Shown one piece after another: positions 45,913 through 56,180 of a stretch of DNA of 64,000 bases. Within the stretch, counting starts at the first letter, position 1; every line of letters starts with the position of its first letter. Source of the DNA: an uncultured delta proteobacterium (GTDB taxonomy: Bacteria; Desulfobacterota; Deferrimicrobia; Deferrimicrobiales; Deferrimicrobiaceae); NCBI GenBank assembly GCA_963760885.1, contig CAVXEY010000006.1, forward strand, positions 294,663 through 358,662, given 5' to 3'. Below the pieces are notes generated by a model, which was given only the letters and a program-made list of their open reading frames with translations, was not told the DNA's origin and ran no database searches. Made by a program: the position numbers and the translations under genes.

Positions 45913-46803
45913 AGACGGTCTTCCTCTCTGCGCTGCTGCTCCTCGCGGTCGGCGTCTCCGGGGCCCTGGCGGCGGATTCGGGGGATCCCGTCCTCGACTC
46001 CCTGACGGCGAACGGAAAATGGAAACTCCTCGAGCCCGTGCGGTCTTTCGGCCCCGACACCCTCTACGAGGAGATCGACGGCGAGGCCGAACTGGTTCTC
46101 CCGTACGGGATGGCGCGCATGACGGTCGCCGTTCTCGGCAGGACCGCGAGACCCGGTTCCGAGGTGCGGCTGGAGATGTACCGGATGGCCTCTCCCCGGG
46201 ATGCCTACGGGATCTGGTCCCAGTACCGGTACCCGGACCAGGAGATTCTCCCGATTCCTCCCTCGGAGGCGATCGTCTCCGACACGTCGGCGGACTTCTT
46301 CCGGGGCGCGACGTTCGTGCGCGTCCGTTCGAAGCCCGGGGACGGCTCCCGGAAGGACGGGATCGGAATCTCCACGGAGATCGTCGCGCTGCTCCCCGGG
46401 AGCGGCGCTCCGCCGGAGGAGGCGAGGGCGCTGGACGACCTGCCGGGGAGGATTTCCGGAATCGACCCTCTACCAGAAGCGGGCGATGCTGGGGTACGAG
46501 TGCCTGGCCCCGGGCTTCGAGGCGAAGTTCTCCACCGCCTCCTCCTCCGGCCACTATCTGCTCCTGCCGCCCGCGACGGATGGCGGCGGCGGGCGGAAGG
46601 CGCGTCTCGCGCGGGAGCTTCCGGGGTATCGGGAGGTGACTCCGGCCTTGCGCAACGCACAGACCCCTTCCGGGAACCTGTGGATGATTTCGGAAGGCGG
46701 ATGCGTCCTCGCCGTGGCGGGGAAGATCTCCCGGGAACAGGCCGAGCCGCTCCTTTCCTCCTTCGCGCTGCGTTTGCGGGGGATCTGCCGGCCTGCCCCA
46801 TGA
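45909..46803 (+). CDS. Exported DUF6599-like protein, frameshift near 46460
   Basis: Signal MKTVFLSALLL...; LYEEIDGEAE, EMYRM...DAYGIWS. Confidence 0.6.
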
Positions 46804-46837
46804 GGGTCCTCACGGATCGGGGCAAGGGGGACAAGGG

Positions 46838-47317
46838 ATGACGCCGTCCGTGCTGCGGGAGGTGCAGCGGCTCCCGATCTCCCTGCCGGAGGCATGGGGG
46901 TTCTTCTCGGATCCCCGGAACCTTCCACGGATCACTCCCCCATCGCTCGGGCTCGAGGTGACGTCGGACCTCCCCGGGGAGATGTACCCCGGCATGATCA
47001 TCACGTACCGCGTCCGCCCGATCCCGTGGGCCTCGGTGGGGTGGGTCACGGAGATCACCCACGTGCGGGAACCGTCGCTCTTCGTCGACGAGCAGCGGTT
47101 CGGACCGTACCGGTTCTGGCACCACGAGCACCATTTCCGGGAGGTCGACGGGGGCGTGGAGATGGAAGACATCGTCCACTACGCCCTTCCGCTCGGAACG
47201 ATCGGGAGGGCGTTCGGCGGACCCCTGGTGCGGCGCCGGCTCGCGGAGATCTTCGCCTTCCGGCGTCGGTTTCTCGAACAGGAATTCGGTCCCGGGATCC
47301 GCGGGCAGCGGCGGTAA
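46838..47317 (+). CDS. SRPBCC family protein
   Basis: [38 protein letters not shown]. Confidence 0.88.
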   Translation: MTPSVLREVQRLPISLPEAWGFFSDPRNLPRITPPSLGLEVTSDLPGEMYPGMIITYRVRPIPWASVGWVTEITHVREPSLFVDEQRFGPYRFWHHEHHFREVDGGVEMEDIVHYALPLGTIGRAFGGPLVRRRLAEIFAFRRRFLEQEFGPGIRGQRR

Positions 47318-47411
47318 AGGCGAACGGGCGGATCCGCCGGGCGAATCGTCGAAGCGAGGGAATTCCGGCAGCACCGCGTCATTTCCGCCATTCACATCAG
47401 GGGGTGTTGGC

Positions 47412-48776
47412 TTGGACGGCAGCGACCAGGACAAGGAGAACAGGAGCTACGGAGGGTCTCGACCGGATGTCACGGGCGGGCTGTTCGACAAGGAAAAGCT
47501 TTTCGAGAAGCCGGAGCCGCTGAAGGGGGTGCGGGTACTGGAGGTCTGCTCCGTCGTCCTCGGGCCCGCCACGTGCGATTACCTGGCGGAATTCGGCGCG
47601 GAGGTGATCAAGTTCGAGGGGCGGAAGGGGGATCAGATGCGGTACGTGACCCCCTATGCCTACTTCTGGAAGGGGATGTCGCCGGGGCTGGAAATCGAGA
47701 ATCACAACAAATACTGGGTCGGGATGCACGTGGGGAACCCGAAGGCCAAGGCGATCTTCCTGGAGCTCGCGAAGAAATCGGACGTGGTCGTCGACAACCT
47801 GACCCCCGGGAGAATGGCGGAGTGGGGTCTGGATTACCGGACCCTGCGGGAAGTGAATCCGAAGATCATCCATCTGCACGTTTCCGGCTACGGGAGCTGG
47901 GGCCCGTGGACGGGGAGAACGTCCTACGACGCCGTGGCCCAGAGCATGGGCGCCCTCGCCTCGATCACGGGATTCGAGGACCGGGGCCCGATCAAGTCGG
48001 GGGTCTGGCTCGCCGACTGGATCACCGGCCTCCTGTGCGCCAACGCGATCCTGTCCGCCTTGAACTACAGGGAAAGGACCGGCGAGGGGCAGTTCATCGA
48101 CTATCTCCAGGTGGAGAACGTCATCCGGCTGCTCGACTGGACCTGGCTCTACTCGTTCAAGACGGGTGAGGACAGGAAGCGGTCGGGGAACCGGGACCTT
48201 GCGGTCTGCCCGTCGGACCTTTTCGACTGCCTCGACGGGCAGGTGGCGCTCGCGGCCTTCAGCGAGGCGGAGTTTCGCGGTCTTTGCGAGGCGATGGGGC
48301 AGATGGACCTGCAGGAAAAGTTTCATGATCCCCTGAAGCGGCTGCGGGACGGGAACGCGAGGGAACTGCTCGACCGGATCGCCGTCTGGGCGGCGGGCCG
48401 TCGCGTGGAGGAAGTGGAGTCGCTTGCCTGCAGGTACGGCTTCGCCGCCGCCCGGGTTCTGGAAGCGAAGGATGTCTATCACAGCGGCCATTTCCGGGAG
48501 CGCGGCGCCATCCAGGAGTACGAGGACCCCCTGTACGGGAACATGGTCCAGCAGTGCTATCCGCCCGTGCTGAGCGAGACCCCCGGCAGGTTGAAATGGA
48601 GCAGCAGGCCGTTGGGGTTCGATAACGGATACGTGCTCGGGAAAATGCTGGGACTCCCGGAGGAGGAAGTGAAAACGCTCGAGGACGAGGGTGTCGTGTT
48701 CCGATGGAACCCGGGCATCCCCTCGCAATGTCCGCCTCCCGGCTGGGACGGGAGTGCCGGAGTCAAAATTCCCTGA
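47412..48776 (+). CDS. Class III CoA-transferase (CaiB/BaiF) with the catalytic Asp
   Basis: [35 protein letters not shown]. Confidence 0.88.
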   Translation: MDGSDQDKENRSYGGSRPDVTGGLFDKEKLFEKPEPLKGVRVLEVCSVVLGPATCDYLAEFGAEVIKFEGRKGDQMRYVTPYAYFWKGMSPGLEIENHNKYWVGMHVGNPKAKAIFLELAKKSDVVVDNLTPGRMAEWGLDYRTLREVNPKIIHLHVSGYGSWGPWTGRTSYDAVAQSMGALASITGFEDRGPIKSGVWLADWITGLLCANAILSALNYRERTGEGQFIDYLQVENVIRLLDWTWLYSFKTGEDRKRSGNRDLAVCPSDLFDCLDGQVALAAFSEAEFRGLCEAMGQMDLQEKFHDPLKRLRDGNARELLDRIAVWAAGRRVEEVESLACRYGFAAARVLEAKDVYHSGHFRERGAIQEYEDPLYGNMVQQCYPPVLSETPGRLKWSSRPLGFDNGYVLGKMLGLPEEEVKTLEDEGVVFRWNPGIPSQCPPPGWDGSAGVKIP

Positions 48777-48819
48777 CGCGGCAGGAAGAATCCGGGGACG
48801 ACGGAGGAAGGGCGGGAAC

Positions 48820-50172
48820 ATGGACGATTCGAACATTGTCGGCCTGTCGGTCAATCGGGAATACGCCGAATGGGCGCATCGTGAAACGAACCCCGGGGAA
48901 GTCTCCGGGAAACCGGAAGCCCTCGACGACATTCTCGTGCTGGATCTGAGCCAGGCGAACTTCGCCGGGCTCTTCGCCTCTTCCCTGCTGGCGGAGATGG
49001 GTGCGGAAGTCATCCGCATCGAGCCGCCCGGGGGGGATCTCGCCCGGAAGATGACCCCGTACGGGATGATGATCGGCGACGCGGGGCTGGGCTACATCGT
49101 GGAGGGACGGAACAAGCACCACGTCACCCTCGACATCGCCAGGGAGGAGGGGAGGAAGCTTTTCCTGGGCCTCGCGAGGAAAGCCGACGTGCTGATCCAC
49201 ACCTTCAAGCCGGGGTACCTGGAGGCCCTCGAGCTGGGGTACGGTCCCCTTCGCGAAATCAACCCCGGGCTGATCTTCACCGCCATCCACACGTACGGAC
49301 AGTTCGGCGGCGATTCGGAAACGTGTTCCAACCAGCCGGACTACGACATCGTCGACCAGGCGAGGGGCGTCATCATGTCGGTCACCGGCGAACCGGATCT
49401 CGACCCCGCCGTGCCCGACGCGTACAAGAAGCCGTTGAAGCAGGGGAACTGGATGGGGTGGTACGCCGGGGGCGCCTGGGCGGCGTTCGGGATCCAGACG
49501 GCGATGTTCTATCGGCGGAAGACGGGGAAGGGGCAGTTCATCGACGCGTCGCCGCCGGAAGGGCTGATGGCGATCTCCAATTACGTCATGCAGTATTTCC
49601 ACATGTCGGGGCAGCAGATGCCCCGTGCGGGGAATTACGACTATGCCGTTTTCCCCTACACGTACGTGAAGTGCAAGGACGGGTTCACCTTCATCTCCGG
49701 GTTCTCGGACCCGAACTGGACCGCCTTGTGCGAGATCATGGACCGCCCCGATCTGCGGGAACGGTTTCCTTCCATCCGCGAGCGGCTCACGCCGGAGAAC
49801 CAGCCCGCCATCCAGCACGAGATCGAGCGGTTCACGGTGGGGTACACGTCCGACGAGATCCAGCAGATGATCACGGCCTACGGCAAAAGGCCCGACAAGA
49901 AGGGGACGGTGGTGACGGGGAGGCTCGAGACCTCCGGGGACGTTCTGAAGCGGGAGCATTGGGAGGCCCGGAAGACGTTCGTTCGGGTGAACGACCCGAA
50001 CTACGGGGAGGTGCTGGTCCAGAATTCGACGTTCAAGTCGATGTCCAAAACCCCGGGGAGGGTCAAATGGGTGTGCCGGCCCATCGGGGCGGACAACGAA
50101 TCCATTTACCGGAAGCACCTCGGGCTCGATAAGCGACAGCTGGATGCGTTGAAAGAGGACGGCATCGTCTGA
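48820..50172 (+). CDS. Class III CoA-transferase (CaiB/BaiF) apparently lacking the catalytic Asp
   Basis: [35 protein letters not shown]. Confidence 0.85.
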   Translation: MDDSNIVGLSVNREYAEWAHRETNPGEVSGKPEALDDILVLDLSQANFAGLFASSLLAEMGAEVIRIEPPGGDLARKMTPYGMMIGDAGLGYIVEGRNKHHVTLDIAREEGRKLFLGLARKADVLIHTFKPGYLEALELGYGPLREINPGLIFTAIHTYGQFGGDSETCSNQPDYDIVDQARGVIMSVTGEPDLDPAVPDAYKKPLKQGNWMGWYAGGAWAAFGIQTAMFYRRKTGKGQFIDASPPEGLMAISNYVMQYFHMSGQQMPRAGNYDYAVFPYTYVKCKDGFTFISGFSDPNWTALCEIMDRPDLRERFPSIRERLTPENQPAIQHEIERFTVGYTSDEIQQMITAYGKRPDKKGTVVTGRLETSGDVLKREHWEARKTFVRVNDPNYGEVLVQNSTFKSMSKTPGRVKWVCRPIGADNESIYRKHLGLDKRQLDALKEDGIV

Positions 50173-50214
50173 GGGGTTCCTCCCGGCATCCATCGAGTAC
50201 GCCACCCGTTCCGT

Positions 50215-50234
50215 GGCGGCATCCGGATGCCGCC
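50215..50234. terminator. 20-bp perfect palindrome between convergent genes
   Basis: ggcggcatccggatgccgcc; weak U tracts. Confidence 0.45.
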
Positions 50235-50253
50235 GCAGTTATGGATCGGATCG

Positions 50254-51687
50254 CTAAGGCTGCGGAACGGCCCCCGTGTAGAACGGCTTGCACGACGTGA
50301 TCCCGAGCAGTTTCCCTGCCTGCTCGAAAGCCCCGAGGATCGGCTCCGCGAACGACTGCAGCACGCTGATCTTGTCCATCCGCGGTTCGCCGAAGGGACC
50401 CGAGATTTTCTGCCGGAGCTTCGCGCATCCCTTCCCGTCGAGCGCCGCGACCGTGACGTCCACGAATCGCCTGTTCACGAAGTCGAGTTTCCCCTTCAGC
50501 GCGATCCGGTTCTTCCCCGTGGAGAAGGCGACATCCACGGCGTCGGCCACGCCGTCGCGCACCGTCCAGTCGGAGACGAGCCGGGGGATCCGGGTCTCCC
50601 CCTCCCGGGTGGCGGACCGGTAGAGGCTCCCGTAGCGGTACCCCTTCAACGCCGCGGATCCGAGCGGGCCCGCGAGCACGAACGCGCCGACATCCGCCAG
50701 GCCCAGCTTCTGCGCATCTTCCGCCTTCGACAGGATCTCGTCGATCGCCATCCCGTGAAACGTCAGCGCGTCCCCATGCAGGGAGACGGTGCCGGAGAGC
50801 GTCCGCTTCATCTCGTCCACGTCCTTCCCCCGGAAGGAGAGGTCCGGAGTCACCGTCATCGGCCCGCTCAGATATTTTTCCCGCGCGAGCGCCGCGAGCG
50901 ATTCCTCGGCGCGGAACTTCGCCAGCGTGTACTTCACCTTCAGGGCCGGCGTTTCCCCGGAAAGGTCGACGCGGATTTCCCCTTCGCCCGTGCCGCCGAA
51001 GAGCTTCATCGTGAAGGGACGGAACTCGTAGACGCCCGCGCCGGCCGTCACCTTCGCGCGCACGTCCGTCATGGTGAAGTCCTTCGTTTTCAACTCCTTC
51101 GCGGACAGGTCGCCGGAGAAGGAGATCCCTTTCAGGAGTTTCGCCCCCGGGGCTGTCGGGATCGAGAGGTCGCGCACGGACAGGTCGATCGCGTCCAGGC
51201 TCGTTTCGCTCTTCTCCTTCCGGTCGACGTAGACGATCTTTCCCGCCGACGCCGAACCGGCGGAGACGACCCAGGGGGCGGTAGGGGCTTCGCCTTCCTT
51301 CTTCCCCGGGCCCGGCGCGGTTTCGTAGTTGAACGTTCCGTCGATCCCTTTCTCGATCCGGAGCACCGGTTTTTCGAGGGTCAGTTTCGTGATCACGACC
51401 TTGCGGGACAGAAGCGGAAGCAGCTTCACCCCCACCCGCAGCGACTCCGCGTTGACAAGGTCGGTGCCGCGGTTGCGCAGCCGCACGTCGGCGAGATCGA
51501 TGCTCGCGGAAGGGAGGAGGTTCAGCCGCGCCTTCCCGCCGATCCGGAACTCCATCCCCAGCGCGTCGGATACCACGCTCTCGATCCGGGGCTTGTAGGC
51601 GTTCACATCGACGAGAACGAGGATCGCGACTCCCGCGAGGACGAGGAGGGCGACCAGGATGCCGAGGGAGATCAGGAGTTTCTTCAT
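50254..51687 (-). CDS. AsmA family protein
   Basis: N-terminal anchor, DVNAYKPRIE, GVKLLPLLSRKV, beta-rich body. Confidence 0.82.
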   Translation of the reverse strand: MKKLLISLGILVALLVLAGVAILVLVDVNAYKPRIESVVSDALGMEFRIGGKARLNLLPSASIDLADVRLRNRGTDLVNAESLRVGVKLLPLLSRKVVITKLTLEKPVLRIEKGIDGTFNYETAPGPGKKEGEAPTAPWVVSAGSASAGKIVYVDRKEKSETSLDAIDLSVRDLSIPTAPGAKLLKGISFSGDLSAKELKTKDFTMTDVRAKVTAGAGVYEFRPFTMKLFGGTGEGEIRVDLSGETPALKVKYTLAKFRAEESLAALAREKYLSGPMTVTPDLSFRGKDVDEMKRTLSGTVSLHGDALTFHGMAIDEILSKAEDAQKLGLADVGAFVLAGPLGSAALKGYRYGSLYRSATREGETRIPRLVSDWTVRDGVADAVDVAFSTGKNRIALKGKLDFVNRRFVDVTVAALDGKGCAKLRQKISGPFGEPRMDKISVLQSFAEPILGAFEQAGKLLGITSCKPFYTGAVPQP

Positions 51688-52149
51688 GGGGCGACCCTCC
51701 CGCATCAGGGGACTGGAATCCTCTTGCGCCGGCCCCCATTCGGTAAAACGGCACGGCGTACCGTGTTTCGATCCCGCAGACATTTCATTGTAATCTTCGG
51801 CAAGGGCACCTCACCATAGGACAAACACCGGTCCGCGTTTCGGACAGAATCCGATACCGTACGCCGGCGGGCGCGATTACCTTGTGGGTAGTCAGGAGAT
51901 GCGTGTTCCAACGGGTGGAAGGATGAGGGAAACAGGGAAGAAACGAGCGAGCGGTCACGGTCTGTCGCGTGGATTACGCCAGGAGAAGGAATCCCGCATT
52001 CACGGGTTCGATATATAATTCGGGTGTCGAAACGGCCGACTGCCTGAAAGGTGGCGGCGATATCCTCGGGAGGGGGGTGTTCGGAGCGTGTGGTTGCCGG
52101 ATGGAAGGAACACGATCTTCTGTTGCGAAAACACTTTGAAAGGAGGTTC

Positions 52150-52440
52150 ATGATGAGGCGAGCATCGATTGCATTATGCGCGGTACTTCTGATCGCCGGA
52201 CTGGCTGGCGGTTGCGCGACGAGCAACGCGATCGGGAACTCCCGGGCCCAGTTGCAGAAAGCGAAGGCCGCGGGGGCCGAATGGACGGCGCCGTACGAAT
52301 ATTACGCGGCGCAAGGGTACCTCAACAAGGCGGTCCTCGAGGCGGAAGAAGGGGATACCAAGGCCGCCAACGTCTTCACGAATCAATCAAGTACGTATTC
52401 CGCCCAGGCGCTCCATATGGCGGGGGGAGGCGCGAAATGA
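52150..52440 (+). CDS. DUF4398-like helical lipoprotein
   Basis: Lipobox AGGC, AKAAGAEWTAPYEYYAA; aggagg RBS; coupled to the OmpA gene. Confidence 0.7.
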   Translation: MMRRASIALCAVLLIAGLAGGCATSNAIGNSRAQLQKAKAAGAEWTAPYEYYAAQGYLNKAVLEAEEGDTKAANVFTNQSSTYSAQALHMAGGGAK

Positions 52441-53399
52441 GGAACCGGAATCTCTTTCTTTTCCTGACGATCCTTCTCGCGTCGGTCCTGGTCGCCGGCT
52501 GCGGCACTACCCGCCAGCTGACCAAGGGGGAAACGGACCAGTTCAAGGCCATCTCGGTCAAGATCGACACGGCGGAGGGGATGACGCCCAAGGGGGCGAA
52601 GGTTTGCGCTCCCAAGGAACTGGCTGCCGCCAAGGTGGAACGGGATTACGCGCATCACGAGACGGTCGAGTCCTGGGAAACGCCTTCGCCGTTTATCGTC
52701 AAGGCGGACAAGGCGGCCGATGCGGTCCTTGCCAAGACGGTGGCGTGTCAAATGCCCGTCGTGAATTTGTCGGCGAACCCGGACACGATTTCCCCCGGAC
52801 AGTGCTCGACCTTGACGTGGACGATGGAATACGCGAAAAAGGGGTTGTGGGGTCCGGGCAAAAAGCCACCTGAAATCCCGACGAACGGGTCCAAGGAAGT
52901 GTGCCCCACGGAAACGACGGATTACCAGGTCGGCGCGAACGGTCCAGGAGGAACCGTGTATGCAGTCGCCACCGTCACGGTGGTCGCCCCGGCGCCTCCT
53001 CCTCCTCCTCCTCCTCCGCCGCCGCCGGCGCCGGTTCCGGCCCCGGAGCGGAAGGTGATCGATCGCCTGACGATTCGAGTCAACTTCGACTTCGACAAGT
53101 CCACCATCCGGAAAGCGGATGTCGCGGACCTGGAGAAGGCGGTCGCTTTCGTGAAGAAGTACCCGGACTCCAAGGTTGTCCTGGTAGGCCACACGGACAG
53201 CGTGGGGACCGAAAAATATAACCTGAAGCTTTCCCAGCGGAGAGCGGATGCGGTGAAAAAGTACCTCGTGGAAAAGGGAGAGAAAACCGATCGGATCACG
53301 ACGGAGGCAAAAGGGGAATCCGAACCCATCGCGTCCAACAAGACGGCGAAAGGCCGGTTCGAGAATCGGAGAGTGGAAATTCTGATCATCGGCGATTAA
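52437..53399 (+). CDS. OmpA-family peptidoglycan-binding lipoprotein with a P11 linker
   Basis: LVAGC lipobox; NFDFDKS, GHTDSVG, NLKLSQRRA, NRRVEI. Confidence 0.9.
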   Translation: MRNRNLFLFLTILLASVLVAGCGTTRQLTKGETDQFKAISVKIDTAEGMTPKGAKVCAPKELAAAKVERDYAHHETVESWETPSPFIVKADKAADAVLAKTVACQMPVVNLSANPDTISPGQCSTLTWTMEYAKKGLWGPGKKPPEIPTNGSKEVCPTETTDYQVGANGPGGTVYAVATVTVVAPAPPPPPPPPPPPAPVPAPERKVIDRLTIRVNFDFDKSTIRKADVADLEKAVAFVKKYPDSKVVLVGHTDSVGTEKYNLKLSQRRADAVKKYLVEKGEKTDRITTEAKGESEPIASNKTAKGRFENRRVEILIIGD

Positions 53400-53429
53400 G
53401 AGTAGGATCTGTCGGAAGGAAACGTTCCG

Positions 53430-53468
53430 CCCGGCACCCCCCGGAACACGGGGGGTGCCGGGTTTTTT
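53430..53468 (+). terminator. Intrinsic terminator
   Basis: 14-bp stem (53430-53443 / 53449-53462) with a gaaca loop, then T6. Confidence 0.85.
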
Positions 53469-53501
53469 CAACCGTAAAGCGAACCCGGCACGTTTCCAAT
53501 G

Positions 53502-53538
53502 AAGGGCAAGGGACCGCGGACCTTGCCCTTTTTTGTTT
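53502..53538 (+). terminator. Second tandem intrinsic terminator
   Basis: aagggcaagg / ccttgccctt followed by ttttgttt. Confidence 0.7.
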
Positions 53539-53609
53539 GGAAGGCCCGGGACCGGGTAATATATCCTCATCGGGAGTGTAACGGAAACCGCGACGGGAAG
53601 GGAGGCGTC

Positions 53610-54362
53610 ATGCTCCAGTTGAAGGGGAAGGTGGCGGTGGTCACGGGGGCGAGCCGCGGGATCGGGGCGGCGACCGCGAAGCGGCTCGCGCAGCATGGCG
53701 CGGCCGTGGCGGTGAACTATTTCCAGAGCGAGACGGCCGCGGGGGAAGTGGTCGCGGCGATCCGGGAGGTCGGCGGGACGGCGATCGCCGTCCGGGCGGA
53801 CGTCCGCGACGCGTCGCAGTGCGAGGCGATGGCGGACGAGGTGAAGCGGAAGCTCGGCCCGGTCGACGTGCTCGTGCTGAACGCATCGATCTCCTTCCCC
53901 GTCGTCCCCTTCCTCAAATACCCGTGGCCGGAGTTCGAGGCGAAGCTGACCGGGGAACTCAAGTCCGCCTTCTTCTGCTGCAAGGCGTTCGTCCCGGGGA
54001 TGGTGGAGCGCCGCAAGGGATCGGTCATCGCGATCAGCAGCGGGCTCTCCCGGCACCCGGGAGAGGGGTTCTGCGCGCACAGCACCGCGAAGTCCGGGCT
54101 GGACGCCTTCGTGAAGTCGCTCGCGCTCGAGCTGGGGCCGGGCGGCGTGCGCGTGAACGTGGTCGCCCCGGGCCTCACCTTGACGGACGCGACATCGTTT
54201 CTTTCGCAGCAGGAGAAGGACGCCTCGGCGCAGATGACGCCGCTGCGGAGGAACGGCCTCCCGGAGGACGTGGCGGGGGCGGTTCTCTTCCTCGCCTCGG
54301 AGGAGGCGCGCTTCATCACGGGCGCGTACCTGCCGGTCTCCGGCGGGATCCAGATGCCATGA
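53610..54362 (+). CDS. SDR family oxidoreductase (FabG-like; His in place of Tyr in YxxxK)
   Basis: TGASRGIG, LVLNA, AHSTAK, VNVVAPG, ITGAYLPVSGG. Confidence 0.88.
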   Translation: MLQLKGKVAVVTGASRGIGAATAKRLAQHGAAVAVNYFQSETAAGEVVAAIREVGGTAIAVRADVRDASQCEAMADEVKRKLGPVDVLVLNASISFPVVPFLKYPWPEFEAKLTGELKSAFFCCKAFVPGMVERRKGSVIAISSGLSRHPGEGFCAHSTAKSGLDAFVKSLALELGPGGVRVNVVAPGLTLTDATSFLSQQEKDASAQMTPLRRNGLPEDVAGAVLFLASEEARFITGAYLPVSGGIQMP

Positions 54363-55237
54363 CGCCGGAGGCGCCCTGGGAGGGCGCGCTTCGGCGCCTC
54401 GAAGGGATCCTGGGGCGCGTCGAGGCGCTCCTCGGCAAGCGGGAGACATCGCCGACCGATCCGGCGATCTTCCGGTCCCATCGGGCGTTCCGGTGGGAGC
54501 GCGCGGGGGAGGGGGGGCGGATCGTGCCGATCCCGCACCCGCAGGGGGTGGATCTCGCCTCGCTCGTCGGAATCGAACGTGCGAAGAAGGAGCTGCTCCG
54601 GAACACGGAGCAGTTCGTTTCCGGGCGGGGGGCGAACCACGTTCTCCTGTGGGGGGAGCGCGGGACCGGGAAGTCATCGTGCGTGAAGGGGCTGCTTCCC
54701 GTCTTCGGTCCGCGGGGACTCCGGATCGTCGAGCTCGCCCGGTGGGACCTGTTCTCCTTCCCGAAGATCATCGGTCAACTCCGTGGGCTGCCGTTCCGGT
54801 TCCTCCTCTACTGCGACGATCTGTCGTTCGACGAGGGGGAGGCGGATTACCGGGGACTCAAGACGCTGCTGGACGGCGGCGTGGAGGAGCGTCCGGAGAA
54901 CGTGCTGATCTACGCCACCTCGAACCGGCGGCACCTGATGCCCGAGCGGCGGGTCGCGCTGGGCGCGGAGGACGAGATCCACCCGGAGGAGGCGGTCGGG
55001 GAGAAGCTCTCCCTCTCCGACCGGTTCGGCCTGCAGCTCGGGTTCTACCGGTTCGACCAGGAGACGTACCTCGCCGTCGTCGAATCGTACGCGGGGCGGA
55101 TGCGCCTCCCGGTCGATCCGGAGACGCTCCGGGAGGACGCGCTGCAGTGGGCGCTCACCGCCGGCTCCCGCAGCGGCCGGACGGCGAAGCAGTTCATCGA
55201 CGACCTCGCGGGCCGTCTCGGGACGCGATCGTCCTGA
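54359..55237 (+). CDS. DUF815 family AAA+ ATPase
   Basis: LWGERGTGKSS, CDDLSFD, YATSNRRHL, LSDRFG, RSGRTAKQF. Confidence 0.88.
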   Translation: MTPEAPWEGALRRLEGILGRVEALLGKRETSPTDPAIFRSHRAFRWERAGEGGRIVPIPHPQGVDLASLVGIERAKKELLRNTEQFVSGRGANHVLLWGERGTGKSSCVKGLLPVFGPRGLRIVELARWDLFSFPKIIGQLRGLPFRFLLYCDDLSFDEGEADYRGLKTLLDGGVEERPENVLIYATSNRRHLMPERRVALGAEDEIHPEEAVGEKLSLSDRFGLQLGFYRFDQETYLAVVESYAGRMRLPVDPETLREDALQWALTAGSRSGRTAKQFIDDLAGRLGTRSS

Positions 55238-55304
55238 TCCGTGACGGGGTCGGGTCCCTGTCTTCCCACCGAGGGGAAGCCGTGGTAAGAAAGTACGGTA
55301 ACCC

Positions 55305-55358
55305 GGCGATGGAGTTCGCCGTGAACCGCCTCCGCAATCCGGGGCTGATGACTCCTGC
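55305..55358 (+). ncRNA. Fluoride riboswitch (crcB motif)
   Basis: GGCGATGGAGTTCGCC...AACCGC...GCTGATGACTCCT directly upstream of crcB. Confidence 0.93.
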
Positions 55359-55384
55359 CCGACACCCGTGGGGTAGGAGTTTTT
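55351..55384 (+). terminator. Riboswitch expression-platform terminator
   Basis: actcctgccc...gggtaggagt followed by tttt; overlaps the aptamer 3' pseudoknot strand. Confidence 0.75.
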
Positions 55385-55424
55385 CTATCCGGGGTGTATC
55401 ACTGCCAAATGGGGGTTTCCTCAG

Positions 55425-55799
55425 GTGACTGTCGTTCTGTACATCGGCCTCTTCGGCGCGCTGGGGTGCCTCGCGCGCTACTTCCTCTCCGGCTGGGCCT
55501 ACGACCTGATCGGCCGCACCTTGCCGTACGGCACCCTCGCCGTCAACGTGATCGGCGCGTTCCTGATCGGGCTGGTAATGGAGTTCAGCCTGCGGAGCGC
55601 CGCCGTTTCGCCCGAGTTGCGGATCGGCCTGACGATCGGCTTCCTCGGGGGGTTCACCACGTTCTCCTCCTTCAGCTACGAAACGTTCCGACTGCTGGAG
55701 GGGGCCCAGTTTCCCCAGGCGGCGCTGAACGTCCTCGTGAGCGTCGCCGCCTGCCTCACGTTCACGTACCTCGGGATCGTCGCTGCGCGCCATCTGTGA
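55425..55799 (+). CDS. crcB: Fluoride efflux channel Fluc/CrcB
   Basis: GALGCLARY, GTLAVNVIG, GFLGGFTTFSSF. Confidence 0.95.
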   Translation: MTVVLYIGLFGALGCLARYFLSGWAYDLIGRTLPYGTLAVNVIGAFLIGLVMEFSLRSAAVSPELRIGLTIGFLGGFTTFSSFSYETFRLLEGAQFPQAALNVLVSVAACLTFTYLGIVAARHL

Positions 55800-55824
55800 G
55801 GAGAGGCCCGAAAGGAGGAGGAGG

Positions 55825-56169
55825 ATGACGAAGCTCGTCGGGGAGAACGTACTGATGCGGATCTTCATCGGGGAGGGGGACAAGTTCGACGGCCGCCCCC
55901 TGCACGAGGCGCTCGTGGAGCTCCTCAAGAAGGAGCGGTTCCACGGCGCCACCGTGCTGCGCGGTATCGCCGGATTCGGCGCCCACAGCGTCTACCACAC
56001 CGACAAGATCCTCCGGCTGTCGCGCGATCTTCCGATGATCGTGGAGGTGGTGGACACGCAGGAGAACTTCGACCGGGTGATGCCGAGACTCGACGAGATG
56101 ATCGTCGGCGGGATGATCACTCTCGAGAAAGTCAAGGTGATGCGGTACACGCACCCGCACGCGGAGTAG
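55825..56169 (+). CDS. DUF190 (PII-like) protein
   Basis: RIFIGE, GATVLRGIAGFG, DLPMIVEVVD. Confidence 0.9.
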   Translation: MTKLVGENVLMRIFIGEGDKFDGRPLHEALVELLKKERFHGATVLRGIAGFGAHSVYHTDKILRLSRDLPMIVEVVDTQENFDRVMPRLDEMIVGGMITLEKVKVMRYTHPHAE

Positions 56170-56180
56170 GTGCGGATCTG

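Noticed and set aside
52020..52140. GAAA-capped hairpin upstream of the lipoprotein/OmpA genes as a c-di-GMP riboswitch
   Set aside because: The conserved GEMM elements (GGCAAA/GCAAAG and the tetraloop receptor stem) could not be found.
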